From NCBI GenBank assembly GCA_004764695.1, contig SMSO01000032.1, positions 7,720,483-7,784,482 on the forward strand: a stretch of DNA of 64,000 nt. Reading direction: 5' to 3'. The translations under genes and the position numbers were made by a program. Origin of the DNA: Schizochytrium sp. TIO01 (taxonomy: Eukaryota > Protista > Bigyra: Labyrinthulomycetes). Of this stretch, positions 45,701 through 55,776 are shown in pieces. The notes below the pieces were generated by a model. The model had not been told where the DNA came from, ran no database searches, and was given only the letters and a program-made list of their open reading frames with translations. Each line of letters starts with the position of its first letter. Position 1 is the first letter of the stretch.

Positions 45701-45852
45701 GTACTGCTGCAGGTAGCATGGTTGTTGCAGATTACTTTACTCCGAACAAATCCAGTCGTCGCATTGCTGCACTAGCTCATGCTGCAAAGTTACAAGCAGA
45801 CGAAGGTTTATTAGCAGAGCTGGATGCGTTTCGTTTGACTAAACTTTCCTAA
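42724..45852 (+). CDS. RIC1: RIC1 (Rab6 GEF complex subunit)
   Basis: Beta-propeller-like N-terminal region. Motifs Y...NWPIR and AV....GFAVY....RW, plus the RIC1 domain CARKME...W..FF..AGNP..IF..S...GDLRTA. Confidence 0.88.
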   Translation: MLALGPPDILRVDAQHIWQEGDDLNSKEGDSRRTQTVSNLPNHLSDRLLLVEATLTGDLVLCVGTNFVTVLACNGERDWTPVGSCRRPSFGKSFVDASQAAWNADGSSFAICNSHGIAEFYDVSKLDKVPIRISRPGWLEDTYPDRRAANLRQVQFRCSVKSTVEGESIFLHSVVQHRLWLLMGTSRGSIVRVLWTGEVVIDREVDAMPGTAAKATISQLSIGWQQRVGFVSATGCAGVYSRTEDSTHVYHLCEKDAMSIAMHRNRPLALVGFRLGTINVYAVGRTAHRVLRRIAFPVHELPQHLDARASVRRSGGDFATSNTLRWCPDGSNFFVVGYTDVGLMVWSSTGAKATSILLSKAALDEEIVTQPKCAWALKGYALVTKPSHSSECPGGGGYTVSFQDFVKSCTGPQHLIGGTTSMCLQGWNYILALQNQEWDVNSLSWRRVDVPGIYLRDNWPIRSATTSMSGNLVAVSAAHGFAVYSHTTKRWNIIDEFYEDKAAPAFSHFWWGDEFLFVIQWDASAQSWELLAYQPDELRATAVLGRVHLPSRPVGFDTLYAENILVVQFHSQLCVFHVQSSHNIGHVPETVAEDPGSASEGEEDSPYRRAPIAGAKRVLDPAAERSCENQPHKPARRHFVFRRASSATHQPATHGIVTRVSITLQQTVELSFLDNHEQREIPMALCVMPCGATRRAGIPIRFPKCAVLTSSGDLYVVDTDEGLHRKVCSGVFRIMPQSWSKIDQSDDIVLESVLERNVRRDHESGVSNGSLTGILHRSPSGYLSYEGTPKLPAALLYTIWILDAHGLRLWLPALDPDAEQIDTRGAAAYWDVLPLGVLETHGLVVGISQRSRNITQEHLPCYEMSVRVSPSTHGILQWLVQAGRQDLASQVLVQASTHLPLFQSTLDLFLFNVVETDFKHRDESPAEHRFLLPDVISLLRKGKIAAILNSRAYDTLVITCARKMETSRWDLFFKWAGNPEQIFNDSIYAGDLRTAAGSMVVADYFTPNKSSRRIAALAHAAKLQADEGLLAELDAFRLTKLS

Positions 45853-46687
45853 CCTGTCGATGTGCTTCCACTAAGCATCTAGTTCCTGTATGTCAGATAA
45901 AATGCTTCTGTTTCTTTTTTTCTTAAAGGTTAAAACACCACGAAAATTAGTTTGTTACAAGAAGGAACACTTAATTTGAACCTACCGTACAGTGCATTAT
46001 TCAAATCTGCAAATGGCTCGACTACCAGTATAGCTCTTTGGTTTCAATTTATACAAGGATGCTGCAAGGTTGCAATATCGTGCTATCAGGGTCAGATATA
46101 GTATACAAGATTGCATCTATAAGTTATACCTTCTAAGCAAAACTCAACCTTGCCACTTCCGATTTTGCTGCTCAACTCATACATTCAAATATTGAATTTT
46201 TTTTTTAAATTACCTATTTCAAAGAATAGTAGTTCGTTATACTGATCAAAAAACACAAAGTTCAAAGAGGAACTTAATTTAAGCCTGATATTGAGACGAG
46301 AGTAATATTAGGCTTTCAGAGAAGATGTTGCGATTTTAAAGTTGAAGAAACACTAGGAAAATGGCATGGAGCCAAGAAGCACAAAACTAATTGTACTTAT
46401 GGCGTCCATAAATGTCACAAACATCATTTTACGATTCATTGTGTTGTGTGACACATTCGACACGCCAAACAACAGACAGCGCACATCGTCGAACATGTAC
46501 CTCACTTGTTAGAAAGCAAAGAACTGGAGATTCTACCTACGTTTAGTGAGTGGTGTATCTTTCCAAATGGAAACTTTAACTATATCTTGCTATCAAGCGG
46601 GTCAACTCAAACACACTTATCTCGAGAACACATGAAAACAAAAGGACAAGTTCGCATCAGATGGGAATACAATGGAATGTTGGCAAT

Positions 46688-49600
46688 TCATGAAACGATA
46701 CAACCGCAACCCGTTGGGGCTGAGGCATCCTGAATCATCGTAGCTCCTTGATGGTCAGAGTAACTTTTGGAATCGCTCTCATCATCTGAATCTGGCTCAG
46801 CTTTGTGTGAGTCACGTGCGTCACCAGAATGACCTGCCCTGGTTATTTGTGTGTAGCTCCCACGACGCATTGCAGCTGTTGCTACAGAACGGATTTGCTT
46901 TCTAATTCCATATGTCCGGCTCGTGTGTTGACGAGGACGCCCCAGGATACGAAGTTGTGATTTACCAATTAGAAATCGCTGACCTGGCTGTAAGAAAATC
47001 CCATCGTCACCTGCTGCAGTTCGAAGAAACGTCCCCATACGGGAGCAACAGTCGATAAGACGCCAATGCTCTTCCACAGAGTTATAAACAATACGACAAT
47101 GTAGCGGAGAAATGAGGGGATCATTTGGGACAGAAATCGAGCAAGAAGGGCTCCTGCCAATTGTGCACTCATTTTTGTCGACCAGAAAGATGCGGCGCTG
47201 AAGAGGGCCCTTTATACATTGGATGATCATAAAGGAGTCTAGGTCAGGAAAGGTAATAGCGCGGGTGTCTGAGTCGAGTCCGAATGCATTGAGGACATCA
47301 TTATACTCGTCAACACGTGCTAGGCCAAAGCTCTTGTCTACATTATTAGTGATGTGGACTTCAGCTCCGTCCTCTTCATCCCGGTAGGAGGACACGATAT
47401 TGATATGATTAGACGGATCAATCTGATTTGGAAAATGGCGAACCAAAGGAATCGACCCTGGGGTCTCAATTTTTTGCAGCATATGTTCATCACCCTCCGA
47501 TTGTAGTTCCTGAAATTGAAGTGTTTCAATCTGAGCTAGGCGCTCTTCCATTAAACGTTCTTCATTTCGCCGAACTGATTGGCGTTCCTTCTCTGCACGA
47601 GTTTCATCTTCATCATCCTCATCTTCTTCCTCGTCATTTGGCCAGTATTGTCCATCAACATCCTGCGAGGCATCTCCTAAGGTTTCACCATCAGCTGCAG
47701 GATTGCCGTCGTCATCTCCTGACTGTGTTTCTGCACGAGGGGAAAGTTTGAGAATATTACCATTGAAGCGAGCAGAAATGCCTCGGCGACTGTCACGTGT
47801 GCTTCCTTTGCTGCTGTTGTCTGAATCATAGGCGGATTCCTCCTCATCAGGGGTGCCTTGAGCGCCAGTAGACTTGACCCTTGGGATTTGGATTCGAGTG
47901 CTACGGATAGTTCCGCGATCCCCAGAGCGATTAGATGGACGTCCAATTACTCGGTCTCCATCTTTGGTGAAGCCTATCACACGAAACTCGCTTGCGCCAA
48001 CGCGGAAAACCTCACCAGCAAGAAGCAGGTGAGGAGGTGTAGCAGCTGAACCAAGGCCCGGGGGCGAACTCGATGCAATCATTTGTAGAACCGTCTTTCG
48101 GCCTGCAGATCGGCTTGCCTCCATGAGGAATGCAGTCTTCTTCCCGCCGCGTTTAAAGATTGTTGCATGACAACGACTCATTTGAGCATCATTTATAGAC
48201 AAGGTCATTTGCCGACTTCCTCCAATAGTAGCTTCGGTAACATTAGAAATGCCATCGAAGATAAACGATTCGACTTTTCCATAGCGCCATACATTGGAGC
48301 CGTCCCACGATGATACTCTAACTGGAGCACGCACTTCGATGGCGAGTTCAACAATGTTTTGCCGTCCCCTTTGTTTAACGACAGCTTTTGGTTCATTGCC
48401 AACAACGGCATATTGCAGCCATGACGACTTGTTGATTGACAGTGGAGTCACAGGAACCTGCTTAACACCAATCTCTGCTAAATTGGTTTTGTTGAGCTTG
48501 AGACGACGCTTTTCAGTAGGGTCTGCAATCCGTACATGAATTTCAACACCCGTACAGCAATCATGTTCGCTTGAGTCGCGAATCCGACGGTTTGTCACCG
48601 CGATGGCATCACCATCATAAATGCCCCAGGGGCGCCCTGGAGTGAGGATAAGATGGACGGCTGTCATTCTGGCATATAATAACTGCGATTTATTTAACTT
48701 TGCCCCCCTCTGAAATACATCGCTGAGACTATGTGGACACATGAGTGTGAACACGTTGTCAAAGGCAGTTATTGTTGCTACAATCTTGACTGGACAGCCT
48801 GGAAGCACAATATCGCACGTATCGGACCCACCAACTGTAAGAATGTGGCCCCTTTTTAAGTGTGCTTGGTGAGAAACAGAAGATCGGGTTTGGGCCTGTA
48901 ACTCTTCCACGGGCGGGGCAAAGTTAATGATCCGAGGATGCTTTCCATCGATCGCATATCGAAGAACTAGCTTGCTTCTTGGCAGTTTGCTACTTGACTT
49001 GACACCCCCTCGGTTATTGCGGTTTCTTCGGGAAGCCATGAGCATACGTGAAGCTCGATCATGAGTCTCTGAATCAGCCCAGATTGGAGCGAACGACATC
49101 AAGTCTTCATCAAACTCCGAAACTGGAATTTCGTCGATAAGAGCTTTCGCATCTATAGATTTGCCACGTCCACGTGACTTTCTAGAGTTTCGGGACAGAT
49201 TTACAGAGGAAGTTAGCTGCCGGATGCGGCCGGTGTCTATTTCAGTGCTTGTGCCAAAGCGAACTTGCTTGACTTCATTATCTATTTTGGTGGAAAGTTC
49301 AACAGGGCGCCGAGGCTCTCCTGTGATAGACATAATATCCAAAGTGCACGAAGAAGTCTCGTGGCTACCAATAACGAGTTTCATACCCTCCTCGAGTACA
49401 ATACGATCTCGCCAAGTGCTCTTATGCAAGCAGAGCATGACTTCGACATTTTCAGGGACTTGCTCCTGGGCGAGGACATAGCCTCCAGAGACACTGGGCA
49501 TGAGTGATAGTAGAAGGTTTTCACAACCTGCAATGCCTGTGATGAGCGGCTTCCTCCCATAGGAATGAACATTATCGTCTAAGTGAGAATTGAAGCCATC

Positions 49601-50209
49601 TTCCATACAAAGGGTAGACTTCCACGTCCAGTCAGGTGGGACAGCGCCCTCTCCGCAAATTAACATGCCATTTTCGCGCAGGGAAAGGGCACGAATGTGC
49701 TGCTGATCAAACCTTCCGAGATGAAGGTGCCTTTGTGCAGCATTGTCTGCTTCCTCAACTGCCTGCCACGCAAACTCGTTATTTTGCACGCTCATGTTGA
49801 GAAATGGCAAATGCCCAGTGTGAGGCGGCGATACGAGTACAACATCGCCCCAAGTATTACCATTATACTGACTGCGTCCCTCCTCTACGCTCGGAAGAGG
49901 AATAGCTTGCGGGCCATAAAGATGTGTCGGGGCAGAGGTACCATTGTTGTCCTCAGCTTGATCAAAGCCATCGTCGTGGTCATTTCTTGGAGTTTGAGCG
50001 ATGCTATCAGCAGCAACACCGTCATCCCAGATGGGCACTGCAGGAACCCCTGCGGAGACAAGTGCTTCTGGACTAGCCATACTTACGAGACGATACGCGC
50101 CTCTACCAGAGACTGCCCTGCGCAGGCTTGGGCTCCCTGTTGCTTGCGCTGACGGCGGCGTAAGAACGCAACCTCGCTGTCTTGTCAGGGTTTTACACAG
50201 CGCGCGCAT
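46688..50209 (-). CDS. Multi-FHA-domain protein with C-terminal CaaX (GCGCIVS)
   Basis: Long ORF. One near-canonical FHA (TIGRSPSC..ISPLHCRI..D..S.MGTF) and two degenerate FHA-like units (TVGGSDTCDI; TIGGS..MSRCHATI). Start uncertain: ATG at 50209 or 50080. Confidence 0.8.
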   Translation of the reverse strand: MRALCKTLTRQRGCVLTPPSAQATGSPSLRRAVSGRGAYRLVSMASPEALVSAGVPAVPIWDDGVAADSIAQTPRNDHDDGFDQAEDNNGTSAPTHLYGPQAIPLPSVEEGRSQYNGNTWGDVVLVSPPHTGHLPFLNMSVQNNEFAWQAVEEADNAAQRHLHLGRFDQQHIRALSLRENGMLICGEGAVPPDWTWKSTLCMEDGFNSHLDDNVHSYGRKPLITGIAGCENLLLSLMPSVSGGYVLAQEQVPENVEVMLCLHKSTWRDRIVLEEGMKLVIGSHETSSCTLDIMSITGEPRRPVELSTKIDNEVKQVRFGTSTEIDTGRIRQLTSSVNLSRNSRKSRGRGKSIDAKALIDEIPVSEFDEDLMSFAPIWADSETHDRASRMLMASRRNRNNRGGVKSSSKLPRSKLVLRYAIDGKHPRIINFAPPVEELQAQTRSSVSHQAHLKRGHILTVGGSDTCDIVLPGCPVKIVATITAFDNVFTLMCPHSLSDVFQRGAKLNKSQLLYARMTAVHLILTPGRPWGIYDGDAIAVTNRRIRDSSEHDCCTGVEIHVRIADPTEKRRLKLNKTNLAEIGVKQVPVTPLSINKSSWLQYAVVGNEPKAVVKQRGRQNIVELAIEVRAPVRVSSWDGSNVWRYGKVESFIFDGISNVTEATIGGSRQMTLSINDAQMSRCHATIFKRGGKKTAFLMEASRSAGRKTVLQMIASSSPPGLGSAATPPHLLLAGEVFRVGASEFRVIGFTKDGDRVIGRPSNRSGDRGTIRSTRIQIPRVKSTGAQGTPDEEESAYDSDNSSKGSTRDSRRGISARFNGNILKLSPRAETQSGDDDGNPAADGETLGDASQDVDGQYWPNDEEEDEDDEDETRAEKERQSVRRNEERLMEERLAQIETLQFQELQSEGDEHMLQKIETPGSIPLVRHFPNQIDPSNHINIVSSYRDEEDGAEVHITNNVDKSFGLARVDEYNDVLNAFGLDSDTRAITFPDLDSFMIIQCIKGPLQRRIFLVDKNECTIGRSPSCSISVPNDPLISPLHCRIVYNSVEEHWRLIDCCSRMGTFLRTAAGDDGIFLQPGQRFLIGKSQLRILGRPRQHTSRTYGIRKQIRSVATAAMRRGSYTQITRAGHSGDARDSHKAEPDSDDESDSKSYSDHQGATMIQDASAPTGCGCIVS

Positions 50210-51185
50210 GGAGAGGGAGCGAGCGCACAACAAAAATTGAACACACCATTTTAAAAATATTACTAATTGTTTACCTACTAATAATTATAATAATGCAATA
50301 CTCCCGTTAACTAACAAAACAAATTTGAAAGCAAAAACTTTTAAAATTTTAAAAATAAAAATAATAAATAAGGTCAGTATTAGACTCAGTAGGAGCCATG
50401 CTAGGCCTGACGGCCTTGGTACAAAGAAACAAAGATTTGAGACTTAGTTCGTCCTCGACGGCTCATGTCATCGTGCACAGTAAAGAGGTAGGCAGAGATG
50501 CTTGATTGTGATGAAGAAAGGGGGGATACTAGTTCAAGGTATCCTAGCAAGGATCATTAATGTTTCATTTTTGAAGAAGAGGGAAAGAAGACACTTCAAG
50601 ACTGAAGTGATCTCTTCTTTAGAAGTGTGTACGTGTGCACACCGCAATATTTAAGTTGATTCGAGAGGTAGTACTAGTAGGAATAATTATAATATGTCTT
50701 CCGGTGCCAGCACTTTCTCATTTATTTACAAAAATAGTTTTTATTTGTATATATGTATTTAGTGTGTTAATAACTAATACCAATAGTAGTAGTGTTAATA
50801 GTAGTAGTTAGTAGTAATAATAATAATAATAATAGTAGTATATGATTATTATTTTAAAAAACAAAAAAAATAAAAAAACTACTAGGTACTAGTAACAAAC
50901 TTATCTTATCTTTTCCTTTCTTTCAACTTTCATGTAAGCTTGAGAAGGAAATAACAATAGTGTGTATATCTCACTCAATACAGGCTTTAAAATTCAAAGT
51001 GCGTGCTTGCTTGGGAGAGAGAGAGAAAAGCAGCGACTTCCTTCGAAAGAGCTCCCGCACCAATACGTATAATGAGCACGAAAAAGACAGTATAAGCAAA
51101 GCAAAAGAAGAGAATAGCATCAGTAGCAGGGTGCTTTTTCAAAAATAGACCTTAGGAAATTCAAAGCAAAGGCCCCTTTTTTCCC

Positions 51186-51226
51186 CTTCTTCTTCTTCTT
51201 CTTCTTCTTCTTCTTCTCCTTCTTCT
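51186..51226. repeat. (CTT)n microsatellite
   Basis: About 13 units with one interruption. Confidence 0.85.
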
Positions 51227-52100
51227 TTTACATGCGCTTTGTTCGTGCACGCGCGCACAGTAATGTTTTCATCTCGAAAACATTAAAGGTGCATTGGCAC
51301 TCAAGCTATAATTGAGGCTAGGCCGTACTAATCAGTACTTACCAAGAAGCTATAGTACGTACAGTAGTCGTAGGCTAGTAGTAGCAGTTTGTACAGACAG
51401 ATCCAGCTAGCACCAGAACCATCTCTATTGGGCCTGGACTATAGATTGCTGGAGGAAGTAGGTTACGGAAAAAGAAACCTCAAGAATTTAGTTTTTGCCA
51501 TAAACTTCAGATGTTAAAATAACTATACTATCAAAACTAAGCACAAAATATACGAGTAGTCGTGCATAATGACAATAAATTTTACAGAGGTGTTGAACAT
51601 ACTACGCTTTGGTGCTTTATACAAATTACAGACTTGTAATGTATGCATGAACAAGCGATCATCTCCAACAGCAAACAACTCATTTTTATTTATCTTATTT
51701 TCGCATCCAAAGTAGAGGAGGAAAAGTTATATGAAAACACTCAAGTGCGGCCTCTAACATTGAGATATTCAATGAAACTTGCAGAATTCGTTATAATGAT
51801 TTACAAACAAATTAAAAAATAAAATTAAAAAATCGTCAGGTTGAAAGTCAGACAAGATGAAATTAACTTAAAATAAGAATGAGTGGAAATCTCAACAACA
51901 TATAGAATATAGAAATTATGGTCATGCTACTGGGAATATAGCGTGTTGGTAAATCATCAGAAAGGATCTAAATTTATATAGAATATAGGCTTTCTGGGGG
52001 TGAATCATCAGCGCAAGACCATAGCTGAAACGATAGTCAAAACAGAATGCAAATTTATATTGTAATCTTTTGGGAGCTCTACTTACAGCGAGTAGCAATT

Positions 52101-54089
52101 TTAGTGATTGGTTTGGTTGAACTTGGGTTTAGCCACAAATGCAGGGGAGAGACCCTTGCGAAGAGCATGAGTAATAACAATGACAACGAGAGTTGTGCAA
52201 GCCATAAATGCGGTGAACACATTGGTGTAAGGACTTGCTGTACCTGACATAGACCCTAGCATGAAAACAGAGAGGAAAACGAACGCAAGCTTTGTTAACA
52301 CGCTCGTGAGAGATTCGTCCTCAGGGTTTCCGGCAAAGATGTCCTCGTTTTTACCAAGTGACGAAACTTTGAATTCCCCCAGAAAGAGATCAAACGAGTC
52401 TTGCTTGATACCGTCATAGAAATTATTAAGGAAGTACCTTGTAACGCTGTTCAGGCCATCTTGCAATTTGCCGAGTGTACCTCTTCGTGTTTTCAAGGCT
52501 GGCGTCCCGGCATACAAAACACTCATCGTGTTAGCGTTCGCCCGATTGATGTCTTGCAAGACACCATCAATGGAGGCATAGGGGGAACTGAGCACATCTT
52601 CGCTGGGCTTTGCCACATGAGGAAGTTCATCGCTATCCTTGGCGAGCATTTCAAGTGTCATAAAAACATGGCGCCGAGCTAAAACTGTTTGAACAACCGA
52701 GGTTCGGTCGAGGGAGTCCATGCAATTAGTTCTGAAGACACCAGTTTGCCATTTAGCAACACGGCCGTTCCGAAGCTGGGCGAAAAATCCGTATGAATCA
52801 ATGTCATCATGCAGCTCTTTGATAAGTTTACTCACGTTTTCGTACTTGCCCTTTCGACACTCATGGTGAAAGTCAAACCACACCAAATGCAGCCGCTTAT
52901 CTCCAAGGTTTTCATGATGCTCTTTGAAACGATTGCCAAGTTGACGTTGATCTTGAATAGTAGAACCTTTGCCGCTCCGGTCAACCAAATTAATACAAGT
53001 TGCCTTTCCATAATGGTCAATGGAATGCTGACCATTTGAGCCTGTAAAATGCTTTGAAAATCGGGAAAGACCTTCACCAGGGGAAGTGCCCAGAGTCACC
53101 CGCGGCATGTACTTGGTCGTCACCTTTTGACTCCATTCTGTTGGAATGGACCCCCGGGTTTGTATGTAGGAACAAAGTGAAATATCTGTGCGCCAGGAAG
53201 AATCAGAGTCTGTTCCAGGCTCTTGTACTTGAGGGAGCAATATCTGCTCAATCTCAACAAAATTTGCAGCATTACCTTCTGAATCTAAACCACGCAAGTT
53301 GAACCTAGTACCTTGTCGAGCGCGGGAGCGTCGGGAAATGAACAAATAGGTCAGGCTGAGAGCACCTGAAGAATTTTGACTCAGAACTGGCACATGGTGA
53401 CGAACTGCAACGTAGCCACAAATTACTGGATGGACCCAATCATCTAATTTGGCTTCTCCAAAAGCTCGCGACATACTTAGATTCCAAAAGAAGCGCGGAT
53501 CGGCTCTCGCTGCGAGACTTTGCTCATGTGTAAAGAGCGGGGTACCGTCAGAATTCAGCGGAACCGTCCAAAGGCCATTCTCGTCTTGACTCCCCTTTTG
53601 TGCCCTTTGACCAAGAAGTGCAATACGCTGCGCGGTTTGAGTGATATCATAATTGTGCGAAAAGTAAAGTGTTCTGGTTTCCACCACACTGTGAAGCATA
53701 TCTAAGAACTTAGCTTCTTGTTTGAGCTGCAAGAGGCTCAGTTTGGGCGGGTCCAATTTCGCGTTGTTTGGAGTGGGAACTGGGAGAAAATCTGCTGCCA
53801 CAATTTGACATATTTCTGCACCGTTTGGGCCATTTCGAACTACACTTCTTGCGCGTGTAACAACACCAAGATAAGGCCCTCTATGAAGCTCCACAATTCC
53901 CAGGATTGCGTATACCGACATTACCCGTGTAGCACTGTGTTCAAGAGCCGTCGAACGAGCCTCAAGTGAGACCTGCGTTGAACGACTTTCAGGGTTAAGA
54001 CCTACGCGAAGGACAGAGCTGCTTCCTCGAAGCAAAGGTGCCTCAAGTACCAAGGCATCTTCTGCAAAATGGAGTGTATATTGTGCCAT
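52101..54089 (-). CDS. SAC1: SAC1-family phosphoinositide phosphatase
   Basis: Motifs YFSHNYDIT, DPRFFWN, ISRRS..RQGTRF..RG, ANFVEIEQ, RGSIP, FDFHHEC and catalytic RTNCMDSLDRT; two C-terminal TM helices. First ATG (MAQYTL) at 54089. Confidence 0.93.
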   Translation of the reverse strand: MAQYTLHFAEDALVLEAPLLRGSSSVLRVGLNPESRSTQVSLEARSTALEHSATRVMSVYAILGIVELHRGPYLGVVTRARSVVRNGPNGAEICQIVAADFLPVPTPNNAKLDPPKLSLLQLKQEAKFLDMLHSVVETRTLYFSHNYDITQTAQRIALLGQRAQKGSQDENGLWTVPLNSDGTPLFTHEQSLAARADPRFFWNLSMSRAFGEAKLDDWVHPVICGYVAVRHHVPVLSQNSSGALSLTYLFISRRSRARQGTRFNLRGLDSEGNAANFVEIEQILLPQVQEPGTDSDSSWRTDISLCSYIQTRGSIPTEWSQKVTTKYMPRVTLGTSPGEGLSRFSKHFTGSNGQHSIDHYGKATCINLVDRSGKGSTIQDQRQLGNRFKEHHENLGDKRLHLVWFDFHHECRKGKYENVSKLIKELHDDIDSYGFFAQLRNGRVAKWQTGVFRTNCMDSLDRTSVVQTVLARRHVFMTLEMLAKDSDELPHVAKPSEDVLSSPYASIDGVLQDINRANANTMSVLYAGTPALKTRRGTLGKLQDGLNSVTRYFLNNFYDGIKQDSFDLFLGEFKVSSLGKNEDIFAGNPEDESLTSVLTKLAFVFLSVFMLGSMSGTASPYTNVFTAFMACTTLVVIVITHALRKGLSPAFVAKPKFNQTNH

Positions 54090-54791
54090 GATTTTATATT
54101 CCAAACAGGCAAAAGACACCCCGGGTTTCGTTGCTACTCTCTTAGCAAGAGTGCTTAGGTCTCTCAACTTTTGGATATATCAGATTTCCCTTAGAGCAAT
54201 TTGCGAAGCCTTTATGAGACGAGAGCTACACTGAGAGCACGTCTCCTTGCAGCTTCAGCTTATATTTGGCGAGCGAATGAATTATACGGGGCAAATGAGC
54301 GACCCGAAGGGTTGTGAGCGCTCACGGCTTGAGAAAGGCTGTGTTAAAGCGAAGAGACTAGGGGGATGAGCACCAACGCGAACGAGAAGATAGATGATAG
54401 CAGCGAAGGCAGCGAAGCAAGCACCAGCGAAGATAGGTAACTAGTAAGATTGTCACTCAAGCGTAAAAACCCAAATCAACAACTTTGCAAAGGGTACTTT
54501 GAAAATATTCACCTTTAGGTCTCCCACCTGAGATCGTGCAAGAGCTCCTGGAGTAAAGCTGATTTGTTATTCATTCTCAATCTCTGGTGCTGAGAATGAA
54601 TAAGTAGACTGAAACTATCATGCAATGTACTAAGTGCTAAGGTCTTTATACTTATAAGTCTACCACTGGTCAAACCTTTTCTCTTTCTTTTTGTTGTTTC
54701 CGGCTCAGTTCAAGTTATTCTTACCCCTTAAAAGTTATCCAACTTTTGCTGAAGCGCAGATGTAGCTAGCTGAAGCAAGCAGCATTTTATA

Positions 54792-54850
54792 ATGATCATG
54801 ATGATCATGATGATGACCATGATGATCATGACCATGATGATCATGATGAT
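54792..54850. repeat. Degenerate ATG/ATC/ACC trinucleotide repeat
   Basis: atgatcatgatgatcatgatgatgaccatg..., located between SAC1 and GET3. Confidence 0.85.
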
Positions 54851-55352
54851 ACTCTAATATACGTACGTACTTCGTTAGAGATTACTTTTTAAAAGGTGGT
54901 AGCATGGTTAGTTTTTTTATAGGCCTACTATATCTATAAAATCAACTAATTTCATGATGATGGTATGGTGGTGTTAGAGGACAGCTAGCATGACATTCTG
55001 CCACCAAGAAGAACCTCGTTCTCGCAAATTGATTAGCTCATTGCAGAGCTAAATTTGGTCAACTGATGCATTGTATCCACTAGATGGTCAAGGTATTGGC
55101 TGTCATCTCTCTTATTGGCAAAGAAAGAAGAAATTATAAGTCAGTTTGAGAGCTCAGAGGTAAAACAGATTTAGCCTCGGGCTACAAACTTAAGCCAAAA
55201 CAATCACTTAGCCAGCAAAGAAGAACTGATCTTTATGCCATGGGAAGTAGGTTGCTAGGTACTACTAGAACCTATCGCTTTAACTTCTTTGTGGTGACAG
55301 TGACTATTTTGGCTTGAGTTTTTACTCAAGTTGCTAAGAAATTTTAACTGAT

Positions 55353-55362
55353 TAGGTACCTA
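55353..55362. promoter_or_regulatory. TAGGTACCTA palindrome, 424 bp upstream of the GET3 ATG
   Basis: Exact copy; AGGTAGGTAC at 55560 and TAGGCCTA at 54920 are in the same intergenic region. Confidence 0.4.
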
Positions 55363-55776
55363 CCTCCAAGTCTGAGAGTGTTGTGGCGACAAAAGGGTTA
55401 TGTAGTAGTGGGGCATGGTTTGGTGTAGTACTTAGGTGCCCTACTAAGTAAACGTATTGTAACTAACCCTTAAAGGCATTAACATTTACTACTTCCTATA
55501 CACCACTACACTACGATGTATGTTCCATTGACATGGTTTCTAAACTGCTTTGTATAAAAAGGTAGGTACTAGTAGTACCCATGATAGTAAGCTATGAATA
55601 ATCATTCTATGATAAGTAGTAGTTGGGACTATGTGCTAGGCTGTCTCCTTCTATTCTCGAGGATGATCATCAAGCGAACAGAGAGAAGATTGGACTTGAA
55701 GAGGATCAGTAACTCAACATCGTTAGCTAGCCTCACCGTTACTGAGTACATTGCGGTACCTGCAACTCTTGAGAAG

